From: Lepidodermella squamata
Taxonomy: Eukaryota; Animalia; Gastrotricha
Assembly (NCBI GenBank): GCA_047495785.1
Contig: JBLDXI010000031.1
Location: forward strand, 1,922,001 to 1,986,000
DNA length: 64,000 nt
Direction of reading: 5' to 3'
This document shows, piece after piece, positions 1-13,550 of this stretch. Position 1 is the stretch's first letter, and the number at the start of each line of letters is the position of its first letter. A program made the position numbers and the translations under genes. Under the pieces are notes generated by a model, which saw only the letters and a list, made by a program, of their open reading frames with translations, had not been told where the DNA came from and did no database searches.

Positions 1-773
1 TCGGCATTTATTATTTCTGTGTTACTGCAGTCTATAATTGCATATCACGCGAATATGTTTTTGAAATCCGAAAAACACTTCGCTAACATTCGCGTTTTTA
101 AAAATGCGATGTGCGCTCAGCTTGAAGCCTAGTTTTTGAATTAATAATTGCTCAAACAGCTAGATTCTTAGTAACTAACCGATTTTGATTTGACGCTCCA
201 CGTCAATTAGGCTTTATTCACTCTGAAAGAATGAATGTTTTAAATTTTCATTTTTTACGTGGATATCAGCTGTGCGTTTGTTTAACGGAAATTGCAGTAG
301 ACAGTAGGCACACACAAACAGGGTGCCCGAAATTGGCGCTTGGTTGTTCATTCATGAAGCTGGCCTACTTTGCGTAGCATGTCATTTGTTCTTTCATATT
401 TGAATTCATTTGCATTGTTACAGGAAGATTTCACTATAGATTAAGTTCTGAAAAAGATGCTCGAGGTTTCCGGATCGTGAACGTCATTTATGCTATTATT
501 TTATTTCAAGATGATCATCATTAATGGCCTTTTTTATTTCTACTCTCGATGAGTTAATTACAGACACGCGTGGCCGGAAGCTTTTTTCCCGCACATTTAA
601 CTCTTGCATTTTTAATTATGCATTCATTTAAAAAAGGCTATTGAAATGATTGACTGAACCGCTGGAATATAGAGAGTCTGAAACCTACAACCTCCTTCTG
701 CAACTATCGTGTGTGCGTGTTGTCACATCATTTACTGTCTTCGGTTGCTCAATCTACTAAAACGTGCTATTAA

Positions 774-3700
774 ATGGCGAGGGTGGAGACTTTTCGCGTC
801 TCGTTACCGCCGCCACCGCCCCATCACCATCAGCCGCAGCAGCAGCAGTTGGTTGGTGGCGGGGCGTATCTCGCCGACCCACTCGCGGTGCCTTCTGCGG
901 AGCAGCAGCAGCAAGTTCGACCGGCGAAAATGAAGTTTTCAGCGATTTGGGATGTGGAGAAGACGCCGACCAACTGCGTGCCAAGGTTCGTGTTTTTTGT
1001 TCGTCTATCCAAGCTCGTTACAGCAGCAGCGCGGCGGCGGCGGAAAATCAGTGCGCCCAGCTCGTTTATTGCGTTCGCCTAAGCAAACACGCTTTTTATC
1101 TATGCGCGTGTGTGCGTTACTGCATGGAGAGGCGAATAAGAGGAAGAAGCATGAGATGATGCTGCTACTGAGCAAACATGCCGCCGGCGGTTGCATTCGA
1201 TACCAGCGTCATTATTATACGCCGCGCGAGTTCGTTTATTTTTTTTATGCCGCGGCCGCCGTTAATATTTCACTTGCAAATTGGCGGCTGCTGCTGATGT
1301 GGCGTAATTCGATCAAGAGTCACGTTGATTCGCGCTTGTTAAATCGCAATCATGGCCGCCCGATGATAGACACGGTTTTTTCATTTGTGTTAATGTTGCA
1401 GACTGTGTCGGCTGAATGTTACGCGGCTCGAGCTGCGGCCAAGTGTGCTCCTGCCAGAACTACCTGCCACCGTTCTACTTGCCGTCAAAATACAGGTAAA
1501 AACTGAGAAAGAAAAGTCATAACGTAGATTTTAATGAAACTGAAAATTGAAGTCTTGGAAATGATTGGAATTAAATCAGGACGAGAATGAATCGGCTGTT
1601 CAAAGTCAATTTCATGTTTCTATAACGGCGAATTTGTGTATTTAATCTGCTAATTGAAAATAATCCATGGACATTTTTTTATTTCTACCTATCCTCATTT
1701 GAGAAATGACCGTGATTTCCGTTGTGCTGTAGGCTATTGATTAGAGAGCAAATATTTACGCGTGAATTTTTAACTGGTTCACGTGGAGGATAGTCGTTAA
1801 TTCTCGCTTACGGAGCCTCTGGAGCCTGGTTTTGAGCTGTATTTTGCACCTATGGGAATAAGTGTGGGAAAACGCGAGGTTCAGCCTCTGGGATTTCGCG
1901 TGCTGCATTAATTATTCATACTATTTTAGGATTTAAATAGACCCTATTTTTGCTTGCGTTGATCTCTGGTAAAACGGTTACTCTTGGACTTGTTTAACCT
2001 TGAAGTATTTCATGCTTTCATGATTGCCGTAGATCTAGGACTGGAAAGTTTCATACCAATACAATGAAACTGGTTCATTTTGTAAAGTTGACACGAAGCC
2101 TTTATTTTTTGTCGTAGTTGATGATTAAGCGGTGTTTATGCCTTCATTTACATGCAAATAATGAAAGAGTGAACAAAAAAACAACGACTGTTATGATAAG
2201 CGTGATAATGATGGATGGCACTCACGTGCGTCATTATTACCAACTGCTGGTTAGCCTTCAGCAGCTTGCCGTTTTCCCGCGATCGACTCGTGTTTTCGAG
2301 CACGTTTGGCGCGGGTAGAAAAGCCGCTTATATTTAAATGCGCCCCTCGACTGTTGTGCTCGTTCAGTTGTTTTTGGAGCCGAGCTGGCTGGTATGGCTG
2401 ATGCATTATTCATAATCGCAAAGTTGAGCAATATTGCAACTTGTTACCCCGATTCTGCTCAACTGCGAGCTAAAATTAGACACGCCTAAGACATGAATAT
2501 TTGATGAGCTTCCAACGCGGTGAATGTCTTGAGTAAATACAACCATTTTTCGAAGATGATGAAAATGCAATAACCAAAACGTGTTATTCTGTGTGTGGTC
2601 TCTAAATTCTCCGTGGCCTTGGATAGGAAACAAGTTTCATGATGTAAATTCATCCGCATGGTAGTATTTTTTCTGGCGATTCGCCTAATTGATTGCTTTT
2701 CTATGTCATTTAAAACGATTTATCGGCGTTTTTTCGTTATTAAATTGGCTTAAAATGCCTCATTTTTTGTGTATGTTATTGCGTATAGTTTTGATCGTAA
2801 TAACAATGAGAAAAAACAGGGTTATAACCAGTACACAAACGGAAATTGTTCTCCAGGGACACCACATCTATCTAATGTGTATATGTATTTGTAGGGCCGA
2901 CGGCGGACGCTGCGTTCGACGGAGATTGGCGTGCTGACGACGGCCAACTCGAGCGTCGAACTGAACATGGAATTCAGCCTCACGGTTTGTTCTGTTTTTT
3001 TGTTTTTCTTGGCTGTTTCATAGCCGCGTAGGTAGTACCTACCTAACCAGTAGGTACTAACGAGCACGAGTTGCGTGCTGTTAATTGCACTTGTTTGCGG
3101 ATTTCCTTCCGGCTTCACCACTATCGATCGATCGATGTGGAAAACAGTGTCAAACAACCAGCTGCTGCGTTTATTGAATAAATTGATACTAACTAACTAA
3201 CTGGCGTGAGGGCGGGCGGGAGGCGGTGGGAAAGCAATAAAAACCGCTGTATGACATGAACAACATGAAACAAAGCAGCAGCAGCGGGTTGAATTTCGGA
3301 AGCTGGCGTGGCGCTTCCGCAATTACTTGTTACCCGATGATAAGTATTCAAATTCGAACTCGTGAGCGTCACGCGCATTTCAAATTAACAGCAGCAGCAG
3401 CAGCAGCGCTATTTTGATCATCATCATCAATTTTCATGGTTGTAATAATAGTATAGCGTCTAATTGCAACGAGGCTCATTTCGTGACTGGGACAGATCAC
3501 CATCACCATTGCACGGATGAGCATGAATGATGTCGCGAAATTGAGAGCACCAAGTGTTGTTTGCAGATATGGATTATAATCATATGGTCTTATAATAGCT
3601 CGAAAGACGCGTGTAGCACAATGTTTTAGTCGTAGTAAGATCTCGACACGAGTTTGTTGTGATCATCATGATACGGCTTCATGATAATTTAGACAATAAT

Positions 3701-6700
3701 AGCATTTTTGAAAATAAACTTAGCAAATAATGAAAAGGAAGAGCAAAGGCTATGCGCTATAATAGGTATCATGATCATTTGCTGTGTGAAATTTCACGAA
3801 AACGCGACTAAATGAATGGAGATAAAAATGCAAGCGAATACAACAAAAATGCTGCTAATTATTATTTGAGCTTGAAGAGATTAATGCTGAAATATTTCGA
3901 TTCCGAACCGCGAAATCGGCTCGATTTGCTACTAAAATTCAAGATGAGCAATTGATGAATGTGCGTTTTCTGTTCAATAGTATCCGCATTTTCTGAAGCG
4001 GTCGAACCACATTGAAGTGATGCTGCAGCGGAAGAAGCACTACAAGAACCGGACGATCCCGGGCTACAAGACCCTTGCGATGGCCCGCCTCGACATGAAC
4101 GAAGTGCTGCAGCGGCCGATGGTCGCCTCGACATCGGCCGACAGTGCCAACTACCCGAGCGGCGGCGATGCGATGGACGCGATGACGGTGCTCGAGCTGT
4201 GCGCGCCTCTGCCTTCGTCGTCGTCCTCCACAGCCGAGCAGCAGCAGCAGCAGAGTGCGATTCTCGGCGGCGGCGAGGACCCGTACTACAACTACCAGCA
4301 GCAGCACGAGAACCGCGTGGTCGTCGCAGCGTTGCGGCTCACCTCCGCGTCGGAGCCGCTGCCCAAGTGCCCGTTCGCGGCCGGCGGCGGCAAATCCGAC
4401 GACGACGTGTCGTCGGGAGTCGACGACATCGGCGGCGCCGCGGCCACCGACTCGGACGATGTGCTAGGTATGCGCTTTTTCTAATATTCCAAGTCGTCCG
4501 TATGGTTCGAGAAGGGTTCGAGAGAAAGTTCGAACAAATTAATAGTTTGGCTGTTTAGTACATTTTCAAATCAGCGTTTTTTAAATGCTTGTATCTTTGT
4601 TTTGTTTCAGGTGACGACAGCCGGGAAGGTCGGCGGCGGCATCACCACCGCCACGACGGCAGCGACCTCGCGGCTTCGGCATCTGGTGGCGGTGGCGGTG
4701 GCGGTGGCAGCGGCAAGTCGGCGAAGAAGAACTTCAAGTCGATGGCGCTGGGCCAGCAGACGAAGCTGAAACAGAAGATCGTGTCGTTGCTGAAGCGCAT
4801 GAAGGTGTCTGGCGGCGGGGCTTCGAGCCGCGGCGTTGTCTCCCCACCCGCTTCGACTAAGCAGATGCACGGCGGAGGAGGAGATGGCGGCGGCGACCCG
4901 TCATCGGGAGCGGGTGACGACCTGGAAGCAGGCGCTGCCGGCAGTCGAGGCGGCGGGCTGAAGGCGAGACGCGCGTCGTTCCCGCCCCACGGCAGCGTCA
5001 GTGGTGGGATGGAGCAGTCACTGGAGGAACTCGAGGCCGAGATCGAGAACTGGGCGCCGGTGTCGGACGACGACGGGGGCGCGTCGGACGCGGACGGCGT
5101 GTCGCTGGCGGTGACGGTGCAGCCGGCCGAGACGACGCCGAAGCCGTCGCTGCGGCCGTTCTTCTTCTCGGAACTGCGGCTGTCCAGCGAGCAGTTGCCG
5201 CTGCTCATCGAGACGACGACGCCGAAGCAGATGCAGATGATGCAACAGCCGCAACCACCGCAGCCCGGTATGAACAGCAACAGCAGCAACAACGTATCGC
5301 CACCGCCGCCCGGTTCGCCCACCCGCCAGCCGGCTGATTCGATGAAAACCGATGAAAACCGTATGGCAGCGAATGCGCGGTCCAAGACCGCCGCCGAAAT
5401 CAGCATCAGCCAGTCATCGGCGTCTGCGATGGCAACTCTGGCGAACTTGGCGCTGTCACCCGGCATCCAGCTCGAACACATCTTTCAGACAAGCACGGAC
5501 ATGCCTAGTCACGTCGTGCTGCTCTTCGACCCTTCGCCAGCTAATGTAAGCTGAATCATTCTTAGATCGTTCTTTAGTCCCAATTCGTACAAGTTTTACA
5601 CGCCGTAGTTTAGGTTTTGCATCATCTAGCTAATAACCGGGCGATTCGCTAATTAATACCATCTTTGAATTTACTGACATTTTTGATGAGCAAAAACTTC
5701 ACATTCTGATTTTTGATTATTAAAAAGGGAGCCTCTTTTCTTGTTTTTGAATTTGCCCACATTTCATTTATACATTTCCTTCATTTGAAAATTGGCGATT
5801 TTCGCATGATTTTCAATTTGATTGAGGCAAAATTAATTCAGCATTTTTATCATAATTATTAATTCATCGGAATGAATTTTTCACAGCTCGCCCGGCTGTG
5901 TGCGTGCCTGCCCGACGGCCTCAACGTGGTGTGCGCGTCGAACCTCGGCGACGTCGACGTGTTCTTCGCCGAAATCGCGCGGCTGCTGGCGGCCCGGTGC
6001 CAGGCGCCGAGCAAGTGCGGCGCCGCGCTGCCCTACCTGAAACTGGTGGTGTGCGGCGGGTCGGACGCGTTCTTCGCCGCCGCGAGCCGCGCCTTCGTCG
6101 AGCGCTTCTCTGCGCGCCTGCCCGACGCGGCGTCGCACGTGCGCCTGCTGCCGCTGTGCCTCGGCCCGCCCTCCGTCGCCATCACGGCGCTGCTCGGCGC
6201 CGTGTCGTACGCGTACCGCGCCTTCGTCGACGCGGCCGACGCGGCGGCGCTGCTGCGCGAACTCACGGACGTGCTGCTGGCGACGACGCTGCACCACCGA
6301 CACCTCGACGTGCTGCCGCTGCCCGTCGGCGAGGTCCTGCTCACGATCCGCGGCGACAAGTCGAGCGAGCAGCGCGGCAGTCGCCAGGTCGTGCTGCCTT
6401 TCATCTGCGACGTGCAGATCAACGTCATGCGCGTGTCTTCAACATCTTCAACGTCTTCGTCCTCTGCAGCTATGATGATGTCGAATTCGATGGTGGTGAG
6501 CGGCGGCGGCGATAGCAAATCAGCAGCAGCAGCTTTGAATCCGGTGCAATCTACTTCTGCAAGTGCCAATACGCTACTATTGAATCGATCTACGACTACT
6601 ACGAGTACGAGTACTACTGCGACTGCGACTAGTGCAGTCGAGCAACAAGACGCCCTACCTAATGCAGGTTTGTCAACTTATTACAATAAGTGCAATTTCA

Positions 6701-9700
6701 CTCTCGTTTTCTCGAATGGCTTTCTCATTGCGCGCATGTTTGGCCATTTTTTAGTTGTTGAAAAGCGAAATGACTCGGGATTTATGCTCTGTGTTCATTA
6801 TAACGGAAAAGTTGGGAATACTAACAAAATATAGAAAATAATTTGCGCGATAGGTACTTATTTCTGTTTGATTCAACGGAAAACAACTGTGAAAAATTCT
6901 GAAATATGTAAAGCTTGAGATTTAGTTGGCATGTGGCCAGTTGGTGCCAAAAAATTATCGAAATGAAAGGTTTTGCTCAACGTTCTCCAGTTGAAGTAAT
7001 GAAAAAAATAGCTGGAAATTCGAGTTTTCAATCAGGAAAATCTAGAAAAGGCTGAAATGTCAAATTTTTGAAAAATAAATCCCCTCATTTATGGGACCTG
7101 AAATTAGATTGTTCAAGTTCAATTCAGCAATGATTTTACTGCAATGTGAGGATTTTCGGCCTTTAATAATTAGATCTCGAGTCATTTCTCATCCTTTAGT
7201 GATTAATCGATAGAAATCGCATGCTAGGATTTTGAATGCCATGATGTAAGTATTCTTACAAACATTTTTGTTTTGTTTGCTGTTTGATTAACAACATCGA
7301 TGCGATCGACGATCAGGCGGTCAGCAGTCGTCGAATTTCGACACCGTGCCATTGTCGATATCGGCTACTGGTGAAGATGGGGCAGCAGCAGCAGGTGTAG
7401 TCAACTCGAGTTCCGGCTCGCCTCCGCACTCCAGCACCACCAGCACCACCAGCAACAACAACAACAACAACAACACCGCATCGACAGCAGGTCAGTTTTG
7501 CAACGAAATTGCCTTAATAACCGCATGGTAGATGCACTAGCTAGACCGCATGTTTAAGTTGTTGAAGTCTTTAGTGTTTAGTCGACTTGGAAAAAATGGC
7601 AATTTGACAGTGAAAATAATCTTGAAATTGAGTGGAATTTTGCTGTCAAATCGCCATTTTCTAGTAGTGTTTTAACGTTGTATTCAATGTTTTTGTGTGG
7701 TGTTTTCTGATGGTGTTTTACGGCCTCGTTTGAATGCATGAAGGCGGCGGTCGAGACATGAGAAAAAAGCTATTTCATGTGAATGTCGACGACAACAATG
7801 ACAACAATGATGATGACGGCGGCAGCGATGAAGTTGTTGGCTGTTCATCGCTGAAACACCTCGGCGATCCAAGTTCGTGTGGTTGTTGCCAAGCAACCAA
7901 AATGCTTTTCTTGGGCTTACCTTTTTTCCGAAATTTGTCTGTGTCTATTTTCACGATTTTCGAATTCATCATCATTCATGTGTTTGTGTGTATTTGTTTT
8001 TTTGTCGTCTCGTTTCTCCTACCCACTACTACTACTCCTGGTATCGTGTCGTCTCTGATTAAATGCGCATAACAGTCGCGCGTCTGCTCGACCGACTGTC
8101 ATCGCCAGGTATTGTTCATGTTGTTGATGTTGCTGTTGCTGTTATTGGTAGACGCCCACCCAACTATTCCATCCAACCATCCAACCAACCCATTATACCG
8201 CCTACCTATATGCTCTGTACCTGTGTATATAATTTCGCCACCGATTTCAGAGCCTTGGGATGCAAAACTACTGTTGCTTATCCATTCTGTTTACATTTCA
8301 TTTCTCGAACCTGCCTGTTTGATTCAGTTGGTATAGAGACCTATATCTCCATATTATACCGGAAAGAAACAACCCCAGCTGTTGCTAAAACCTCGTGAAT
8401 AACTGCATAGCTTTTGGTCTTTATTTCAAATTCTAAAAATTCTAAAATTGCTTGAGGCTTTTGAAACAAAAGACAAGATTAGGGCAGCTTCGTCGTTCTG
8501 CCCTTTTGTCGAGTCAATCAAGAGAAGAGCGTGAGAAGAAGCGCAGCGAATAAGCTTTCATTGAGTTGAAAATCCGCGCCAACTATGCTTCTAATAATCA
8601 TCAACCCGTTTCAATAACAAAACTGCTCTTTTTTTGCTTGAATTTCGTTGCAATTTCGACTGATTATTTTTGTTGCATTTTCAGGTCCGCACAACGCGTT
8701 GTCGACGCCATTCTCCTCGCTGCCGCCCGCAGCCGCCGCCTCGACAGCCACGAGTTCGGTGATGCCGAGCCCGGACGTCGTCGCAGCTTCGGCGGCGACG
8801 GCTGCGTCCATGTCGACATCGTCGTCGTCGGGCGCGTTCGACGTCAACGTCGACTACTGGCTCGAAGCCGGCAGTAGCAATTCTGCAGCTGCTGCTGGGG
8901 CGAATGCAAGCAGTGGCTCGAGCAGTGTCATGTCTTCTGCGTCGGTCATGTCCTCGTCCGGCCTCAACAACGGCGGCGTGGGCGCTACATCGGTGGGTGC
9001 AGCTGGTTTCATGGCGATGGGCCCCGTCGTACCCGCGTCTGCTTCAGCCGCTGCTGCTTCATCATCATTGTCATCGGCGTCTAACAGCAGCCAACTGCAA
9101 CAACTGCAACAACAGTCGAAGCAAGACGCAGCGCAGATGACTGGCAGCGGCAGCAGCAGCAGCGGTGGCAAGACGTACAACGTGAAGGGCTCGTACCGGC
9201 AGATGGTGGTGACGCGCTCGCTGGCGGTGAACCCGGAGACGGGCGCCTCCACGCTCCTGCCCGCCTCCATGACCATGATCATGAGTGCGCGCGATAAAAA
9301 GATCAAAAGTAAGTCAAACACATCTGTCGATCCGATTTCTCGCCACTTCTAAGACTTTTCTGGTGCCATGGAATTCTCAAATTTATCACAATTGAAATCA
9401 CTCGCCTTCAAAAGCCTGAATATATCCGAAAAATTATGAATAATCGCGAAAATTTGGCCATTATTCTTACTTTGAAGCAAAATGAAGCAAAATTTGATTT
9501 GTTCTCTTTCAGAAATTTGGATGACTCGCAAATCTCGCGACTCGCTGGGCGCCGGCGCCAGCAGTGTTGCGGATACGAAAGTCGTCGAGGGCATAAACCG
9601 GCTCGTCTGCACCGTCAAATCGTCATCGTCCGGTCACAAAGTTGTCGGTATGTAAAATTTGGCTAAATTTAGGCAAATAAAATTGTTGAAAAAATGCTTG

Positions 9701-9846
9701 ATTTCTCGTACGCAGTATCAGTCGACGGTGTCGAGTTCACGGGCGTCAAGTTTTTCCAGATTTCGCCGGCGTGGCACAGCCACGTCAAGTCGCTGCCGAT
9801 TTTCACGCCCTCGTCGTCCGCCGCCTCCCACCAGTCCTTGTGCTGA
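774..9846 (+). CDS. PACS: Phosphofurin acidic cluster sorting protein (PACS-1/PACS-2 family), multi-exon
   Basis: Exons 774-985, 1402-1495, 2895-2984, 3981-4467, 4611-5545, 5887-6667, 7317-7490, 8685-9308, 9513-9647 and 9716-9846, with GT-AG introns and consistent phases. Motifs [88 protein letters not shown] and the C-terminal [23 protein letters not shown] match PACS proteins. The internal low-complexity exons are less certain. Confidence 0.9.
7583..7669. repeat. Short inverted-repeat element, possible CACTA-derived MITE remnant in a PACS intron
   Basis: AAAATGGCAATTTGACAG pairs with CTGTCAAATCGCCATTTT (one mismatch). The right end reads CACTACTAGAAAATGGCG on the minus strand. Confidence 0.4.
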
Positions 9847-11474
9847 TTGATCACGAACTACTACTGTTTTACTCTCCATCCCTCGATCGCTCGACTGCGA
9901 ATTTCTTCGACTCGCTCTCGCTCTCTCGATCACGTGCTGCTTCTTTCCGTTTTTATACTCGTGCTTAACGCATCTATATACCTATACTTACTTATGAAAC
10001 TCTCAGTGTCGCGCGCTTCTTCTGAAATTCAGTTTTTGCTGGTTTTTTTTATTTTTATTTCGCTGCTCGACACGTCGCCGCACTGCGATAGTGTAGTAAT
10101 GAATGGGTAGTGCTTTTTACGAAATGGAGGCGCGTTCGTCTTTGAAATCACAAATCAAGCTATGAAATGCGATGTTTTGGTGCTTTAATTTTTCTGCGTC
10201 TCGAGATGCCTAAACCATATTATTACTTCTATTATGTATTGCTGTAATAATCATGAATAAAACTATTCGTGATGATTATTCGCTTCATCTTCTTCTTCTT
10301 CGACTAGTACCTACTGCATTTGCTTTCTCACTTGCAATTTTTCGATGACTTCATCTGATGACTTATTAAATTCTTGTTCTTCTTGCAATGCTGGCTGCCG
10401 TTTCTTGTGCTGTTTTTCGCGCTTTATTATTTAAACGAACGACTACGAGTAGCTGCTTTTAGCTCTAATTTATCACACACACACAACCACTTGAAACTTG
10501 TCTTCCGCAATCATCATCATCAATACCATTAGCAGCTACCTTCATCACCGTGGTGGTGGATGGAAATTGCTACTATTCAACAACTGATACTCGAGAGAGC
10601 GCGATTTCAAAGCGCGATGGTCCTCGCCGCCCATCCCAGGTTGCGGCCCTGCTCGGTGAAACTCGGTGAAATGCCGTGGCTGTGTCACCTGATGGGCGCG
10701 AAAGTATTTGCTGCCTCGACTCGTTGTAGCATAATCATCATCATCATCGTTTATTCGGTAGTATTATTTCACGTGCATCACTCTTGATATTACTTACACT
10801 CTACTTATTCAATGTTATCATTGCTGCTACTATTACCTATTATCATTTGTATTATTATTATTATTACTGTTTCTCAAGTTATTGTTGTCGTGATGTGAGC
10901 AGCTGGCGCTTTTTTCGTTTTGTGTTGCGACGGCAGCAGAACAAAAACAAACAGATTATTATTGATTGATGATTTTTGAATTATTCAATTCGCTATTATA
11001 AAATGACTCGATTTATGATTTTCATACGAATAAACAAAGCAAATTTCTTTTCATCTGCCCCGACTTTTTCCAAGAGATAACTGATTAGTGAGCTTCAATG
11101 AGTTGATAGCTTCCCTAACTTACACAAGATCGCGTCAGAAGAAGCTCATGTTGTATTGGCAGGAAGACATAGGTACCTATTGCAGATTGCAATTCCTAAC
11201 TGAAGACCGAAATTGGATTCTAATTAATTTAAATTTAGAGGTTTCGAAACTGGCTTCAATGTCTACATTTCTTCATTTACTTCCGCACACATGAAAGCGT
11301 TATTCGAGGCGAAAAATAATGCGGAAGAACAGGATTTCTAATTTTTGCAGGTTTCATCTCGCCTTCCTCTGATTTCATGTTCCATCACAATCCCGTAAAA
11401 AGAAGAGTTAGGTGGAACAAGCTATTCATTTATTTTCATTCAATATAATAGAAAATACTAATCACAACAAGAAT

Positions 11475-12527
11475 TCACTGCGGCTCACCGCCTCCGCCGC
11501 CTTGATACAGCGTGCCGAATAGCAAATAACCGGTGTGACCAGGAGTCGGCGTCAACGGGTATACACACAGCGGCGTTGAAGAAATCGACCCAGAATTAGC
11601 GTCCAACTTCGTCGGTTCCTCAGAATCAGAACCGCTGCCGTTTTCCGACCCTGATTCCTCTTTGTCGAGTTTGGCTTTCTTCGAAGCCGGTCCAACACGG
11701 GCGGTGAACTCACGGGATTTAACGAAAGACTCGCGGGTGAGGGGCACGTCAGGCGTTTTGAATTCCTTCACAGTGTATCGCTGCTGGATGCACTCGAGGC
11801 AGCGCACGTCTGCAAAGCCCTGTTCGCGCATCGATGTTGCAGTCTGCTGGATCTGTTCGATGCACGGACTGAACACGCACAGTTTGCCACCTGGCACAAG
11901 TTTGCGCACCGCATGTTCCACTGCCTTCCACGGCGATGGCAAATCGAGAAACACAGCGTCTACTTGGAAGTTGTTATCCTCATCAGATCCAGCTATAATG
12001 AAGCCATCCGCGCAAACATCGCGATGGTGCGCTGTCACTAGCTCTTTCGGGTAGTTGTGCTCGCGGAACTCGCCTTCCGCCAGCTTCGAACGCTGCTCGT
12101 GGAAATCGAACGTGTACAGATGGCCAGATGGGGCGATCGTACGTATGATTGCGTGCGACAAACTGCCCGAGCCGGTTCCAGCTTCAATCACGCGGCAGCC
12201 AGGTCGCAAGTCCAAATTGAAAATAATCAGCGATATATCAGGCGTGTAGATGATCTGAGTGCGGTGCAGTAGAGATGATGTCCAAAGTTCTGGGGTCGGA
12301 CTAAGTGCATGCACGTAACCCCTTGCGCAGTTGTATTTGCAACCAAACTGCAGTTTGTCAATGAAGTCATTGTGACGAATAGCGCCGTACTTGGTCTGCA
12401 CCACAACTCCGCGTTTCATCGTTTGCTTCTGCAGCTTGAATGATCCAAGAGCGAATATAACCGTATCTCCTTCTCGAATGACACCACCAGAGTGATGGAA
12501 CATTTTTTTGGCTACCGGAGGCTGCAT
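11475..12527 (-). CDS. TRMT61A: tRNA (adenine-58 N1)-methyltransferase catalytic subunit (Trm61/Gcd14), single coding exon
   Basis: 350-aa ORF with PTPELWT..L.HRTQIIY, the SAM motif VIEAGTGSGSLSH, FDFHEQR, DAVFLDLPSPW, FSPCIEQ and HTGYL. Confidence 0.96.
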   Translation of the reverse strand: MQPPVAKKMFHHSGGVIREGDTVIFALGSFKLQKQTMKRGVVVQTKYGAIRHNDFIDKLQFGCKYNCARGYVHALSPTPELWTSSLLHRTQIIYTPDISLIIFNLDLRPGCRVIEAGTGSGSLSHAIIRTIAPSGHLYTFDFHEQRSKLAEGEFREHNYPKELVTAHHRDVCADGFIIAGSDEDNNFQVDAVFLDLPSPWKAVEHAVRKLVPGGKLCVFSPCIEQIQQTATSMREQGFADVRCLECIQQRYTVKEFKTPDVPLTRESFVKSREFTARVGPASKKAKLDKEESGSENGSGSDSEEPTKLDANSGSISSTPLCVYPLTPTPGHTGYLLFGTLYQGGGGGEPQ

Positions 12528-12980
12528 TGCAGGAATATTTTTTCAAAAAATCTGGAACAAGAGCTATTTATTAAACAAAACGGTCTCCGTTCGTAGATGG
12601 TGGTTAAAGAGTTTTGAAAGAGTGTGCACAGGATTAACATTTGCTACACCTCACGGGTTACGCTATTCCCTAAAACAGAAACCCTGTGCATTTTTTCATC
12701 GCCAAGGTCGTTTAACATCGTTCTGGGTTCTAAAAGAAAGATTGATGAGGTAAGAAGACAGCTGAAAACTAGGAGCTTGAATGCTAAGGGCTAGGAAGCA
12801 GCAACCAAGTGCAAGAATTCTTGATAAAAGACATAGATATTTACAGATCTCTCTGTTTTCTTATCTTGGAGACAATTAAGAAACCGCAGGTATCAAGCAG
12901 TCTGTGCAGAGCCCCGTTAGCCGTTTCCACGTTTCGGCGTTACGCTCAATCCACTTCGTCGCTAACGCTGCCTGAAAGTC

Positions 12981-13149
12981 GTCACGTGACAAGCACGTGC
13001 CCAATTGAATTGTGATATTATTTCGTCAGAATTAATTAATACCGGTCTTTAAGCATATTCACCAAAAATATAATTCAAAACAAAATGACTTTGCGCGGGC
13101 AAAAATCCGAGTGAGTTTCCATCATCAAAACGACTGCAAGTCATGTGAC
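12981..13149. promoter_or_regulatory. E-box cluster in the divergent TRMT61A/ABCE1 promoter
   Basis: GTCACGTGAC at 12981-12990, GCACGTGC at 12993-13000 and GTCATGTGAC at 13140-13149, near the middle of the ~1-kb head-to-head interval. Confidence 0.5.
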
Positions 13150-13550
13150 CTTTTACTGTTCGGACTGATTCACCGCTCAAAGTCGCCCTCTTCATCACTT
13201 CTGCCAAGTGCCGTTTTTCACGCGTTCGTTCAGACGTTATGATTTTTGTTTTTCACGCTTTATATATCAGAGACAGCGGTTAGACTCGCTGATGTCCGAA
13301 GAGTGTTAGGACTTTGTCTTTGTCGCATTTTTGCGTCACGTTCATGTTCATCAGAGATCTCAAATGTATTCGCCCTCTTTCTCTACTGATCTAGATGTGG
13401 CTATTGATTTGCTGCCGTGCAGCTGCAATATTATTTATCGATTGCATCATTTGAACTTATTCTATTGCTTTACCATATTGAAAGGTTCTCATGTAACACA
13501 TTCCTCAATGCGTTGTTTTCTGTTATAGGTAGTTTTAGGGACTGCTGAAG

